Assembly: GCA_010015585.1 (NCBI GenBank)
Contig: ML975160.1
Length of the DNA stretch: 64,000 nt
Reading direction: 5' to 3' (one strand)
Source: Eremomyces bilateralis CBS 781.70
Lineage: Eukaryota
Shown: one piece after another, positions 39,223 to 52,092 of the stretch
How the letters are laid out: every line of letters begins with the position of its first letter
How positions within the stretch are numbered: the first letter of the stretch is position 1
Made by a program: the position numbers and the translations under genes
Notes under the pieces: generated by a model
The model's input: only the letters and a program-made list of their open reading frames with translations
Told to the model about the DNA's origin: nothing
The model's database searches: none

Positions 39223-40371
39223 ATGGCTGTACCCTCGTCCTACAAGACTAAAGACATGGTCTTTCGTCATCTTGGTCCTACTGGTCTCAAGGTCTCCATC
39301 TTCTCTTTGGGAGGATGGCTCACATACGGAGGAACACAGAAAGGAGATATCGTAAAGGAATGTCTCCAGGCAGCTTGGGACAATGGCATCAACTTCTTCG
39401 ATACGGCCGAGGTCTACTCTAACGGACAGTGCGAGGTTGAAATGGGTCGTGCTTTGAAAGAGTTGGGCTGGCCAAGAGACGAATATGTACTGTACTCCGA
39501 TTCGATACCTTTGCATACCTAACTAAGTCCTTCAGGTTCTTTCCACTAAAGTCTTTTTTGGGACAGGCCGCGAAGAACCGAATACTCGCGGCTTATCACG
39601 CAAGCACGTCGTGGAAGGACTCAAAAGCTCGTTGCAACGACTTCAGCAACCATACGTCGATATCGTCCTCGCACACAGGCCAGATGCTGCGTATGTTCAA
39701 TGCTTGGCTCTTTCGTTGCTATATGATTAACAAGTTCCAGAACTCCCATGAAAGAGATCGTGGAAGGCTTCACGCAGTCCATCCGTAACCTCAATCTCGC
39801 TTACTACTGGGGCACGTCCGAATGGTCGGCCACTCAGATCACGGAGGCAACCCTGATCGCGGAAAAATACAATTTGATTGCGCCAATTGCAGAGCAGCCG
39901 CAATATAATTGCTTCCATCGCGAGAGATTCGAAGTTGAATACGCTCCGATCTTTGACCAGTTCAGCTACGGGACGACCATATGGAGTCCACTTGCATCGG
40001 GTCTGCTCACTGGAAAGTACAACAACGGAGTACCGCAGGATAGCCGATATGCGACGAACAAGACGGTATTCGCCAACAACGTTAAAGAACTCGAATCACC
40101 CGAAGGCAAAGCGAAAATCGAAAAAGTGAAGAAGCTTACCGCTGTGGCAGAACGTCTGGGGGGAACTGCTGGTCAATTAGCACTCGCCTGGTGCGCAGCG
40201 AATCCCAATGTCAGCACCGTCATTCTAGGCGCGACGAAAGTGGAACAGATCCATGATAACTGCAAAGCACTGAAGCTGTTGCCAAAGCTGACGCCGGAGG
40301 TCTTGGAAGAGATCGAGGGGATTTTGGACAACAAGCCAAAAGAGGCCCCCAAATATGGGCGTTCGAGGTAG
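39223..40371 (+). CDS. Aldo-keto reductase, Kv-beta-like subfamily
   Basis: [55 protein letters not shown]. Two introns. Confidence 0.93.
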
Positions 40372-40787
40372 GTCTTTCTGCCTCGATCATGCTGGGCCGA
40401 GTGCCCAGTGAGGAGGGAGACCATCTACAGAAATAGAGCCGTACAGCTAATCGGGTTTTAGACTACCAAGCAAGCCCAAGCATTCACGAACCAAACTGTA
40501 ACTAGAAATACCAATCAAGTCTGCTGCCGTGCAGCTGGCTCAGATCCACATCTAGAGATTTGAATTTCTCCCCTATTTGTGACATTCATCTAGTGGAAGA
40601 AATTGGTGGCGTGACGCGTATCCTCCTGTTCGAAATTTCTTTAATTATATCTAATGCATCTTTGTTCCGGGAGAGATATATAATGGATTCCTTCAGGCTT
40701 AATCTAGACATTCCAGCTCCAACCCGCCGGGGCATGCGTCAATCTCACTGGGCCATCGCTCTCGCCCACCTTGGATAGTCATATCGT

Positions 40788-42440
40788 TCAAGCCTTTTCT
40801 GTTATCTCCTCACTGGTTCGAGTGCCAGGAAATTGAAGGATGTCACTGGAAAACTGAAGGGCTTTGTGCCGAAATTGACCCTCTCTGAATGCCCAGGTAC
40901 TGAGCAACACGCTTCGAATCCAGGAATCTACTCGCTTTTCGCGTGATGGGATCATAAAATCCCGGATCGGGTGCATGTACGTATCAATCTTTTGTACCCA
41001 AAAATTCGGATCGAATATATCCATGGCGGAACCAGGCAATGGACAACCCCCAAAATCGGCTCCAAAAAGATGGAATAAGATGACAGTAACAACAGCGGGA
41101 ACAAGAGAGGGGCGTATGGTAATGTTGGACTTCGTTAGGTCTGCATCAGTCCGCATGGTCTTAAAGTTTTCTTTGACCAGATCCAACGGACTCATATCGC
41201 CACAACTTCGATCGTATTCGGCTCCGGTAGCGAGCAAAAGTCGTAAGACGTTCAAATGGCCTTGATCGGGACCATTCCTAGCTCGCAGAAGCTGTCGGAG
41301 ACAAATGCATAAGCAACGGGAATCTGCCATTCCTAGGGTGGAATCAAGAAGATCCCGGATCCCATCACTGTCTCCTAAAGCACACATGAGATGGAGAACG
41401 GATTCGCACTGTGGCTCGGTCTGGAGGATCCAGATGGCGTTCTCACAAACGACGGCTGTGTGAGACTCCGGGGAAATCCACCGTTGGAGGAGTTCGGTGG
41501 CTTTCATTGTGTTTCGAGTCATTAACAAGCCATCCAGTGCCCGCTGCCTTCCGGCCTCAGTATGCAGTATAGTCGAAAAGGTATTTCGGTCTCCTGGTAT
41601 AGGCTTTTCGGACATTCGGTTTTCCGAAGTTCGATGTGCTTGGGTCTTCTCATTGAGGGATGCCCCTGACGAGCTAGGAAGCGGCATTTCTTTCGGGCCC
41701 CCTCTCAAGTCGTTGCCGATCATCGATGCAAACGTATCGCGATACACCCGTGACCCCATAACTTCGGCGTCAAAGTCAAAGGTTACGTTATGATCCAAGC
41801 AGTTGCTCGCACGAGTACCAGTTGTTTTCTCCGTGAGGCAGGATTCATCGTCCATCAACCATCGAAGGGAAGACGAAGTGTCCTGCGCTTTTTTGATGCT
41901 TTCCCGCATGTCTGCGCTTGTTAACATCGCTCTCCGATCCGCTCTAGATGGCCTGTCTGCGTTAGCGGTTGCATTGCAGTGGCGTTCTCGAACTCACAAC
42001 TGAAAGCACTGCAGCATCAGATTCAGGCTTTGGACTTGATTCCGAAGGAGTTCTTGCAGCTCTTTTATGTCATCCTCCTCCCAGAGAGTCTTGATTTTTG
42101 CCTGTAGATCGATGGAGCCCAGTCTGTCAACCCTTGACAGCGCTTTGGATGCGTGCTCTTGAAGCAGAAGGATCAGCGTATCGCATGCTTCAAGCACAGC
42201 CCCAAGGTCCACAGCGGGCTCTTCATTGCGACCAAAGTCCTCGGGGGAATCCTTCAGCCACTCCGAGATATTGGCTGTCGCTGTTTTCAAAGCCCTCACC
42301 TGTGTTTCCAAGAGCTGCATCCGTACATCGACGGACTGGAGCCGGGTGCGAAGGGAGTGCAATTGATGTACTAGTCGCGAGGCACCACCCGCGATGGTCA
42401 CACAGGTGGTGACGAGTCCGAATATTGAACATGGATCCAT
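40788..42440 (-). CDS. Protein with fungal HeLo-like (STAND-associated) N-terminal domain and degenerate ankyrin-like C-terminal part
   Basis: MDPCSIFGLVTTCVTIAG amphipathic start and KIKTLWEEDDIKELQELLRNQVQSLNLML. Intron 41997-41953 joins in frame. FDFDAEVMGSRVYR linker; VLHLMCALGD and GHLNVLRLLLATGA..SPLDL ankyrin-like segments. Confidence 0.7.
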
Positions 42441-43343
42441 CGAAGTCGGAATCTTCGCTGCCGTCTGTTCCGGATTGGAGAGTTCAGAGTGCTCCCTTCC
42501 AACTCTCAAATTTACCTTCCGGCTGATTTGTCGGAATATTTGAAGGAAGACTTTCAAAAGGCATCCGCCTGTGGCTTAAACTCAGATCGGCGCCAGTGGT
42601 GGCAGTGCTGGATAGTGGCCTGGATGAGAAACCATGTCGACGCATGGCGAGCCGGGATTGTCATCATCGACCTTCCAAAAACGAATAGCAACGAAGGACT
42701 TCTATGACCAATCATGTTGAATGCTGTGTAGGCCAACCTTGAAAGGACCCGCTCGCTGGTGGACTGTGTCGCCGACTCGTGGAGAACTCGCCTCGACCCA
42801 TAGGGCGAAGCTGAAGAGGATAGCGATATCAAACATGATGAATCCATCACGGACATGCCTTGACTGCACTTTGCACTCAACAGGTAAAACGACTTGAAAC
42901 ATGCATACCTTACTCTGTGCTCAGTGCTATATTCTAGTTAAAATAAAGTACATCCAGGCCTTTACGGTTTCTTGAATCTTCCAGCCCAGACGCGTGGACG
43001 TGTGGACGCGTGGTGACTTGAGTCAACTGCAGTGAAGGGATTAGGGATAAGGGATCAGGGATGAGGGATGGAGCTGTCACGTGCACAGGCCTCCCACATC
43101 CACTATCAAACCAGACCGATGAAACATCCACGAAACTCGACAACACCAAAATGTAAACAACCTGGAAGGGCGGAATAAACTGGACTGTATGACGAACCAA
43201 CGGAATGAAACGAATGAATTAGTTGGATGTTGAACTTCGCGCTTCTCGATCCGATTGAAAGAATCCCACCCACATCTTCCCTCTCATCCATCAATAAGCT
43301 AGCACAACAACACCAGTAACATTGGGTGTCGCCAAATACAACC

Positions 43344-44416
43344 ATGTCGGGGACAAAGCAGATGGAGGTTGCTATGCTTACGGAGCACCTTCGGTACACT
43401 CCAATTGTAAGAGATTCCAAAGGCACGGTACGATAGACCCTAACAGCAATCAGACTCTCCTTGACGATATCATCAACACCGTGAATGAACTGGTCAACAG
43501 AGCCATCGATGCTGCTGAAGAAGGCCTTCTAGCAGCCCTACCGACCGACCTAGGCTTTTCAGATAGCCCCGAAATCGTGGCGAAAGGCAGCGATAGCCCA
43601 ATTCAATCCCAGGCTGAGATAGAGGACGGTTCTCATAAGCTCGAGACTCTGGTCCAGGCCAACGTCGACAAGAACTTCGATAAACTGGAGCTTTTTGTTC
43701 TTCAGAATATCTTAACCGTCCCAAAAGACTTGGTACCGTGGATACAACTTCCACACTATGAAGTAGGTGTGCAAAGTCCTTCGTTCCTAGCAAGAGGCTG
43801 ATGCGTGCAGGATATCGAAATTGTCGAAGATTCCAGCAGGTCGGCCGAGTCCACCTTAGCACTCATGCGCAAACTCCGAGAAACGAAAAAGTTGCATTCC
43901 CTGCTATCTACTGAGCTCACTCGGAATGCTGCATTGACCTCGAACCTTCAAGCCTTCCTCTCTTCTTCCGATGACTCTCATTTCCAATTGGGAAACCTTA
44001 CGAATTCGCAAGCAGCTTCTGCCCTTGGTGTTTCCTTGACTCCCAATCCCCTAGCACCCCAAGGAACGGAATCTAGGAATCATATAAAATCGGGCCCCTT
44101 ATCAACCCACTCATCGTTTGCTGTCGCTCAACTCCCACATCTCCGGACTCTGCTTGCCGGCTTGAAGCCAAACCTATCGGCAATTAACGAGCTTCCAAAA
44201 TCTCAGATCGAACAGTCCGCAGATGTCCAACCGGGCGATGCCCAAGTCCGTCGAAATTATATTGAGGGTCGCGGTCGGCGGATTCTGGAGTCCGTCGGTG
44301 TACCCGACCTAATCGGAGGAAGTGGGCAAGCTTTGGGGCCGACAATAGACCCTGAGGAGGTTGAAGCCCTTGAAGGATGGATAGGAGAGAATGCAAAGGA
44401 GAAGCGCAACACTTGA
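43344..44416 (+). CDS. MIS12: Kinetochore MIND-complex subunit Mis12/Mtw1
   Basis: MLTEHLRYTPI|TLLDDIINTVN and KLETLVQANVDKNFDKLELFVLQNIL. Two introns. Confidence 0.92.
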
Positions 44417-44659
44417 CGCATGAGTTGTTCGGTCGGCGGTCTCAATCATGTGGGAAATATCCACGAATTTCCTGCATTTCGAGACTGCCAACCAAAGCAA
44501 AGGCAGCAATTTAACAGATTGCTGGAAGGTGAGATCTATCACATATGCACGAATAAATACACGAAGGGCCGATTTAATTTCTCCTAGGGAAAGAAGAAAT
44601 GCACTGGACTACAGCTTGGGAACGGAATTATTGGCCGGAAGCCAAAGAACGCGATCGGA

Positions 44660-47346
44660 TTAATATGCAACTCTCTTGACGGAAGCACGCAAATTCTCCG
44701 GCAATTCATCCTCGCGGACAATCCCTAAAAGCAACATGTCGCCCCAGAAGAACATGGCGCGTTCTCGGGCATAGGACAAGTAATCGAACTCCTCCTCCTC
44801 CTCCGATTCAAGTCCTCCATCTTTCTCAACTGATCCTGATGCTTGATCCTTGTCGATCTCGTCTCCAGCCGCATCCCCTGGCTTGGAGTTATTTTCCTCT
44901 GGACCAGGAATTGTGGCTTGTACAACGCCCCAGGCCACCCATTGCGCCGAATTGGCTCCTCTCCAAATCATCGTCTCGTGCATCAATTTTTTGACTTCGA
45001 GATCGACGACCACGTCTCGATCGTCTACTTCCCCGAACGATTGGGACGATGATGTCGCAGGAGGCAATCGAAGACCTGCGGGAGATCGCGAGTCGGAGAG
45101 CAACAGGGAGAGCGACCCCGTCGAACCACTAATGCTTCCTGTCGTTTTGGAGGCCCCGATTGTCGGACGCTGGGCTGGTGCTGGCTGCTCCGCAAGACTC
45201 AGTGTCTCTGTGGTACTGGAATTTGGCGTCCCAGCCTCGGTGCTAGCATTAGACTGGTTGCTGTCCATGCGATACAGGGTGTTCGATCGGCTTCCTCCGA
45301 ATTTTGGATGATGTTGAATGTAGGCTTTGATAAATCGAGCTTGTTCTTCAGGGGTGGGGTAGTATTTGGTATTACACGCGAAGGACGCCGTCGTCGAATG
45401 GTAATTATAGCACCACTCAGTGAAATGGTTCGCAAATTCTAGCCCTCGAACGTTGGCGTTGGCATACTCAAAGTCGATGACCACGAGTTGCCTATGCTCG
45501 TTTGCTGGAAGGAGCAAAGGCGACGACCCGGATGGTGCCAACCGTAAAATGTTGCCATATTGTGTCTAGAAATGTTAGCATCGGTGTCCTGGCGCAACAG
45601 ATGGTCCATTGACATACATCATTGTGAGCAAATATCAACTCTTCCTTAACCTTTTCGACTCCCCCATACTGGTGATTAAGCCAATCTCGATATCTGTCCA
45701 CGGTGTTCCGAAAAAGCGCCCATGGGACCCCGCAGACGAGAGGAGAGTCATCATTGCGTTTGATCGTCTCCCCATCTAGGAAACCGACAATCTTTTCACA
45801 CCGTTGAACCCATTTGTCCCAATTTCTCCAAACAAATGGCCCGCCAGCAATCTCATTCGCTTCTAGCTCGATTCCCTCGTGTAGTTCCCTCATCCGTTTG
45901 GCGATCTGAATGCTTGTGCCAGGATCCCGGAAGTCTTTAGGGGTCAGGGGCTGCGCATGGAAATATTCCTCGAACCTGCCATTCGCAAACGTGCCTAGCA
46001 GCTTGGGCCCAATATTCTTCCTACCCAGTCTCCTCAAGATGGCTAATTCCACGTCCCTGTCAATGAGATGCTCCACTTGCGGTCCGTAGATTCGTAGGAG
46101 AAGTTTCTTTGGCGGTTTTCGGAGTTTGACCGACGATCCTTGTCCCTCTCGAGCTCCATCCGAGGAAAGTTGTTGCAAGAGCAAGTCTCTCGGAGGTGTA
46201 ACGACGTAGACTGCATTTGTCAACGCCCCACTCAATCTTTCCACATCAATGTCCTTCGACAGATGTAAAGGAACGTGACGCCATCGTCTCAATCGCAACG
46301 TATGGGTCAGGCGGACAATCTCATACTTGAATATTGCCCATCCTTCTTTCTCTTGCAGAGACGTACGGCTAGCACTGCGTAGACCTGAGCCGTCATCGGC
46401 CTCACCCCCAGCATACGACAGTGTCTTGGAATTATCGAGTACCGCATCGCAAGAAGGAACAAGGGGATCGCTGTCAGCGTAGTCGGTATCTGATGAAACC
46501 GTCGAGGCTCGGGAAAGTCGCAATAACTTCCTTCTGGTAAGCGAGGTTCGACGGCTTAAGCCCCCGTCTACCGGTGGGATATGGGTAGAGCAGCGGTCCA
46601 GGATAGCTTGCAGTCGATCAAGAGCAGCAGATCCTTCGGAGGTGTCCGAGGTACGGCGACCACCGGACGCGGTAGCCTCATCATGAATAGGTGTTGCTGC
46701 GTTGCCCTTGAAATCTTTGACGTGCGATGTTCGTCCGTCCATGTGCCCTTCGGCAACCCGTTTGCTCTGCCTTGCTCTTCTTTGTCGGGCCCTTTCTGCC
46801 ACCAACCATTCATGCACCTTAGCAGCGACGCTTTTGGATGTCTCGTCGTGAAATTGATTGTCCCGGTCGACTCCTCGAATTGGAAGCTGTTGGTCGAATG
46901 GCCGTAGACGAGGGGATGCCAAGCGTTCTTTAGACAGCCGTCCACTGAGGCGCCTAGTACCTAAGGTTGTGCTATACTGTTTTGTAGCAGGTTGGTCCAA
47001 TGAGAAGTCTGCATCTGCGTCGAGATCTTTGGACTTCCCTAATATTAGAGGTGAAGGTTCGAGAATTGACACCGCTAGCGATATTAGTTAGACGAGTGGT
47101 CTTCTATGAAAGTATACCTGGGCAGAAATCAACGGCTACAACAAAACAATGGCTCCATTGTCGAGCGAGAGCGATCCAGTTGCCCGGAATTGCAATCACA
47201 TCAAGCATATGGGACGAATCCAGCGAACCGGCTCTTCTCATGATCTCGCGATAACAAATATAAACCAAAGCTAGAGGAATCTTACTTTTCTGAGAAGCGC
47301 TCCGTGGTGACGCAGAATGGGTCGTTTCTGAAGGATTCTCCGGCAT
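44660..47346 (-). CDS. CKI1: Choline/ethanolamine kinase
   Basis: RLSGALTNAVY, LLLRIYGP, FAHND|TQYGNIL (Brenner motif) and VIDFEYA...FANHFTEW. Introns ~47285-47075 and ~45617-45567. Confidence 0.93.
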
Positions 47347-48398
47347 TTCGGTGGGTTGCAATCGGTTGACAAGACTCGAAATTTTCTATATCGCTGTCGT
47401 ACATGTAGTACCAATCCGGAATAAATGACGCGACGCTGCCAATAAAAAGTCCCAGATGAAATGGTCTTCTGTCTTCAAGATTGAAGGCGAGGAATTAAGA
47501 TATAAGCTGCTTCTCAGACTTAAAATAAGATCGGTCGCGCCTTGTCAAGACGTTGGCTTTATTATGAATAAGCTTCTTCCCGCCGTGTCTAACGCATTCC
47601 TGTTTGATGGACCTGCAACCTAGAGCAGCGTCTACAAGTTCGAGGCGGTGTGCAGGAACAGCTCAAGGCGGTTTGGAGGGTCAGAGGAGAAACGAGAAGG
47701 GAAAACCGAATTGGAATCTGGATGGTAGAAGGGATGGGAAAGACCCAAAAATAGACGGCGAAGTACTTTGGAAATCAGGATACTGCCGATAGGAGGAAGA
47801 AAGAAGATGGGAAATCCAAAAGATGAGATCATACAGCAACAGGACACATCCAGGATTCCGGCGCACCATCCGCCAAATACCTAATATTCGACGATGATGA
47901 TCTGAATGGGTGGTAGAGAGAATCATGGGTCCATTTCCTAGCGCCCAAGAACCAGACGACTAGCATTAATACTAGTTTTTGAATTGGTATTGATTTTGTT
48001 AACGGCATTATTCTCGTCTACCTTATTCCGGGATTCCTTACTGTTCTAAACCATTACCGTAAATGACGGAAACAATGATTCCTCTCTCCCATGAGATACC
48101 TACCACAAGCCAAAGTTGCATGCTTACGATTTGTTTGATGAGCATAAATCGTAGCAAATGCCTAGGGTGCCTTTCCCAGTAGTCCACTTTACATCTAGAG
48201 TACGAACAGCACCAGTTAGGATACACGTAATTGACAAGCCTAGAAATCAAACGCCGCGTCCGGCGGCGTCCCTAACCATTGTTGTTGCCATTCATCCGAC
48301 CATTTGCTCCGCTGGAGAGCCCCCGACGCCGCAGAAACAGTCTGGTCCTCAAAATTTATATCCATTCCCATAAAATCTATCCGGAGAAACTCGAGGGG

Positions 48399-50383
48399 TC
48401 ATTGAGTAGCCCATTCGACCACCTTCAACGCCAGCATAACTAGTATGAGGGTACTGGGAAGAATCCTGGTTCCAGGGTTAGCATATTCGACGAGGGATCC
48501 AAAGCAAGGATTGGATTGTACGTACCAAATCACATAACTTTGGAAGAGCAAACGACTCATCGCTCCCATGTAAACATTGTTGATCTGACAGATCTGAGCC
48601 AGCTGAAGCGCGCTGGGCGCTCCGGTAAGAAGAAAGCATACGATCACGAAGATCGGGTCATCCAAGATGCTCACGGGCACGTATTTTGCGGTAAGCGCTA
48701 GGATGGGTGCCATGACGATGGTTGGGAGCAACATTCGACTGATAAGGCTGGCGATGAGAAGATTTCGATCTTCCTTCGTCTTTGCATTTGCCACTTCCGG
48801 ATCTTCCTCCGGATCTTCCTCCGGGAGCGTATTTCGAGCGAGATTACCGCCCAGGACCACGAGAATCAATGGAACCGCTACCCCTCCCGACTGAGAAATG
48901 GCTCGTGTGACGGAGTTGGAGAGGAAAGTGCCGGGACCGAAGAACACGTGTTGAAGATTAGGAACCGATGCAACGATGATGGCAGCAAGCATGGCCCAGA
49001 GTGGTGGGTTCATGAAATCCCACAGACCGTGCATGAACCGAGATATCTGACGGTAAACCCAGGCGAAAATGGTCAGAGCCGGCCGAGGCAATGAATGAAA
49101 CGCGTTCGTCAACTTGGATGCGACCAATGTGGAGAAATCGGTACATTTTTGGGAGACTATATCCCGTGCGCGTTTCGGCCAGCCCCGCGGTCCCGAGGGC
49201 ATTGATTTCGCTAGGTCCGAAGACGGCATAGGAAAGTGCGTAATATGGGCTACAGAATAGTCTCGAGGGAGATGGGGAGCGCCGTTGGGACTGAAGTGCG
49301 ACACGGGGAAAGATGGGGATTGTTCCTCTGCGCTTGACGAGAGAGATTCAGAAGTGCATGCCGAGCCTTCATCGTAGTAACGGCGGTTGATGGGTGTTAC
49401 GCTCCCAGATCCAAACTCGGAATCCGAGTGCATATGACTTGGCTTTGGTCCGTAACCGTTCCTGTTGGCGCCAGGTGTTTGTGTCCCCGATTCAAAGCCT
49501 TCGTCCGAGTAGTCACTGAGAAGATCGCGTTGTTCCTCTACGTCGTCGTCCGAGTAATCGCTCCGAATCCTTGGCGTCTGTCCCCTCTCGTCCCGTTCAA
49601 ATTTCCCCGGGGGTGCCAGTAAGACGTGGTACCCCCAACTCCAACGCACCAACTGACCCAATTGCTGGAAAATGAGTAGGTAAAGGATCCCTCTCGCCGC
49701 CACGTCCTCGTCGTTGTCTCCAGGGATTCGATCCCAATGTAGGCCGGACAAGGTCTTGGCCAAGGAAAAGACAAGTGAGATCGGAAGGGAGTTGGAGTTA
49801 CCAAACACCTGTCACGTCAGCATTGATCCATCCGTCCAAGATCGCATTCCATGACCTACCCCCATCGCAATGACAAAGTTCCGTGGCCGCTTCTGAAAGC
49901 GGAATAGCTTGGAGATCACATATGCGCAGATATAGGACACCGCGGTCTGGATAACGAAGATGAAGGGGATGATGCCGAGTTCGACGAGTTTGTGGGCGGT
50001 CAGTTGGGACGCAAGTTTGGTAAAGACTGTCGCAAAGGGATGGAATTAGCGGAGTGGGCTCTACGGATCGACATGGTTCGAAATAGCTCACTAAGACACG
50101 GTGTAAAAAGCTGGACGTTCAGATTCGCCAGGAATTTCTGAGCGGTGCCGTCAAACATGCCCTGCCTGGCGATGATGTAACCGGGCAGGCTGACACAGAC
50201 TACCTCCAAAACGGCCTCGAAGACGAGTAGGACGAGGTGACCGAAGTCCGGGTGGGAAGAATGCGGAGCTGCATCATTCCTGAAGATGCTGAAGGGGCGC
50301 TTCTGGTCGACAGCGAATGCGGAAGGATGGAAGTCGGACACCGCGCGTATACGGAGAGAGGTGGGTTGTTCGAAAAACGACAT
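48399..50383 (-). CDS. Auxin efflux carrier (AEC / Mem_trans) family membrane protein
   Basis: VFEAVLEVVCVSLPGY, NVQLFTPCL, FGNSNSLPISL, LVRWSWGY, NPPLWAM, GAPSALQLAQI. Three introns. Confidence 0.9.
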
Positions 50384-51330
50384 CACGAGCCCTTGGTCGG
50401 GCCACGCGGTCAATCGTCTTGGTGCTCGCAATCCGGTATGGGTATAATCTCTGGATACGGTGAAGCGGTACACCGACGTGGTGGGAGTCGACGCGGTTAG
50501 AAGGCGAGGTTGGTGTATCTGGAGATGAGCGATGACGCAACGAATGCCGGAGATGATGACTGCCACAACAGCCAGGCCATCATGGCGAAGAAAGAAGAGT
50601 GCGAATCATTGATTTCAGACCGTAGATGGTTATCGACGACTTAGACGGAGAGGATTCAGGTGAGATGGGAAGGTGGAAATTCAGGTGGAGGTTCAGGTCC
50701 CATACATTACCTTCCCTCTTATCCAGACCACAGCGGACACGTACTCTAAGCCTCTATTACTATCTCGGATAAGATCTGGTGGCGGTCAATGAGCGATTGG
50801 CGGATGGCGGAGCAATCATAACCCTTGATATCGATCCTTCATAGCATCACCATTCAACGATTCAACAGAATCCTGTACCATGGCAAACATTGGTACAGGA
50901 GGCTTGGGGGCTGGTCGTTGATAACGTCAACCAGTGAATTGAACATTGCAGCTTGATAGCTATCCTTAGCTAAGAGCTATCACGCCAACTCACTCAACCA
51001 TGTGGCGCAGCTGATTGCGCATCGCTGATTGCCATGTTCCCCAGCACCATGAACCATTCCACTGCAACATGCAAGGTTGATAGCCCTGGCGGCCTGTCCT
51101 AAAATGATCTGCACAGTGCATGCATTCGTCTCGAGAATCCGGTCCACATCGGAAATCGGAATTCTGATGCACTGAGAATGACCACCTCCCAATTCCCAAG
51201 TCCCAACGTGCAACACACTGAGTCACTGACGGCACAAAGCAGCAAGGCATGAAGGCATCAAGGCACTAGGCCATCGTAGGTCACCTGCAATTGATGACCT
51301 GGTGCTGTTAATTACCACTAATTAGACACG

Positions 51331-51457
51331 AAGCAGAGAGAAGCAGAGAGAAGCAGAGAAGCAGAAACCAAAAATTAAAGGCTTGAAAATGTTGAATATG
51401 TTGAAAATGTTGGAAGTGTTGGATATGTTGGATATGTTGGATATGTTGGATATGTTG
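51331..51457 (+). repeat. Adjacent minisatellites: (AAGCAGAGAG)~3.5 and a 9-nt TTGRAWRTG-type unit x8
   Basis: Directly visible tandem units at 51331-51366 and 51383-51457. Confidence 0.9.
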
Positions 51458-51714
51458 ATCGATGAACCAGCTTCAAACTTGAAAGTTGTCTTCAAAGACG
51501 TCAGTGGTACCACGGGGAGGCAAGGGAGGGAGGGCCTTAGTGCTCTGAAGATCGAAAATGCATGAGCTAACGCCACTCTTTCACTAATCGCTAGAGAGTA
51601 ATTAGAGACTGTTGTGCAGTTCACGGGCCACGCGGATTGGAGAGAGAAGTGGGAAGGCCTGACTCCTGGTCGCTCCTGGCCATGCATATCCTGATATCCT
51701 CTCTCCCACCGCTG

Positions 51715-51750
51715 CACCACCACCACCACCACCACCACCACCACCACCAT
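51715..51750 (+). repeat. (CAC)11-CAT microsatellite
   Basis: Directly visible. Confidence 0.95.
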
Positions 51751-52092
51751 TATTATTGCTATACCGCTATTGACATCACGCTATTGACATCACTGCTCTT
51801 TTTTATTCTATCCCCTCCGTCAACTCCCCTTCCCTCTCCGCCACCTTCCTGTTCATATCTCCGCATTCCCTTTCCTCCTTCCACTCACTTGCACCTATCC
51901 CCTCCTTCGCTCCATCCCACTCGTCTCCCACACCCTAGTGCTATCTCCTACAAAAGTCCGCTTCAATGCATTCTTCATAGCGAATAGCACCCTCCTCGGA
52001 GTTGCAGTGGTACCCCATCCTTCCACCTCCGACCCTCTCGTTGTCCGGCTTTCTAGTCCCTGCCTCCTCGTGCCGGTCGTTGTTCCCCTACA

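Noticed and set aside
18574..40371. URA3 as part of the NCS1/dioxygenase cluster
   Set aside because: Separated by 13 kb and five unrelated genes; no evidence of linkage beyond a pyrimidine theme.
51322..51750. ORFs with poly-Val and NIS/MLD repeats
   Set aside because: Translations of micro/minisatellites with non-ATG starts and no coding evidence.
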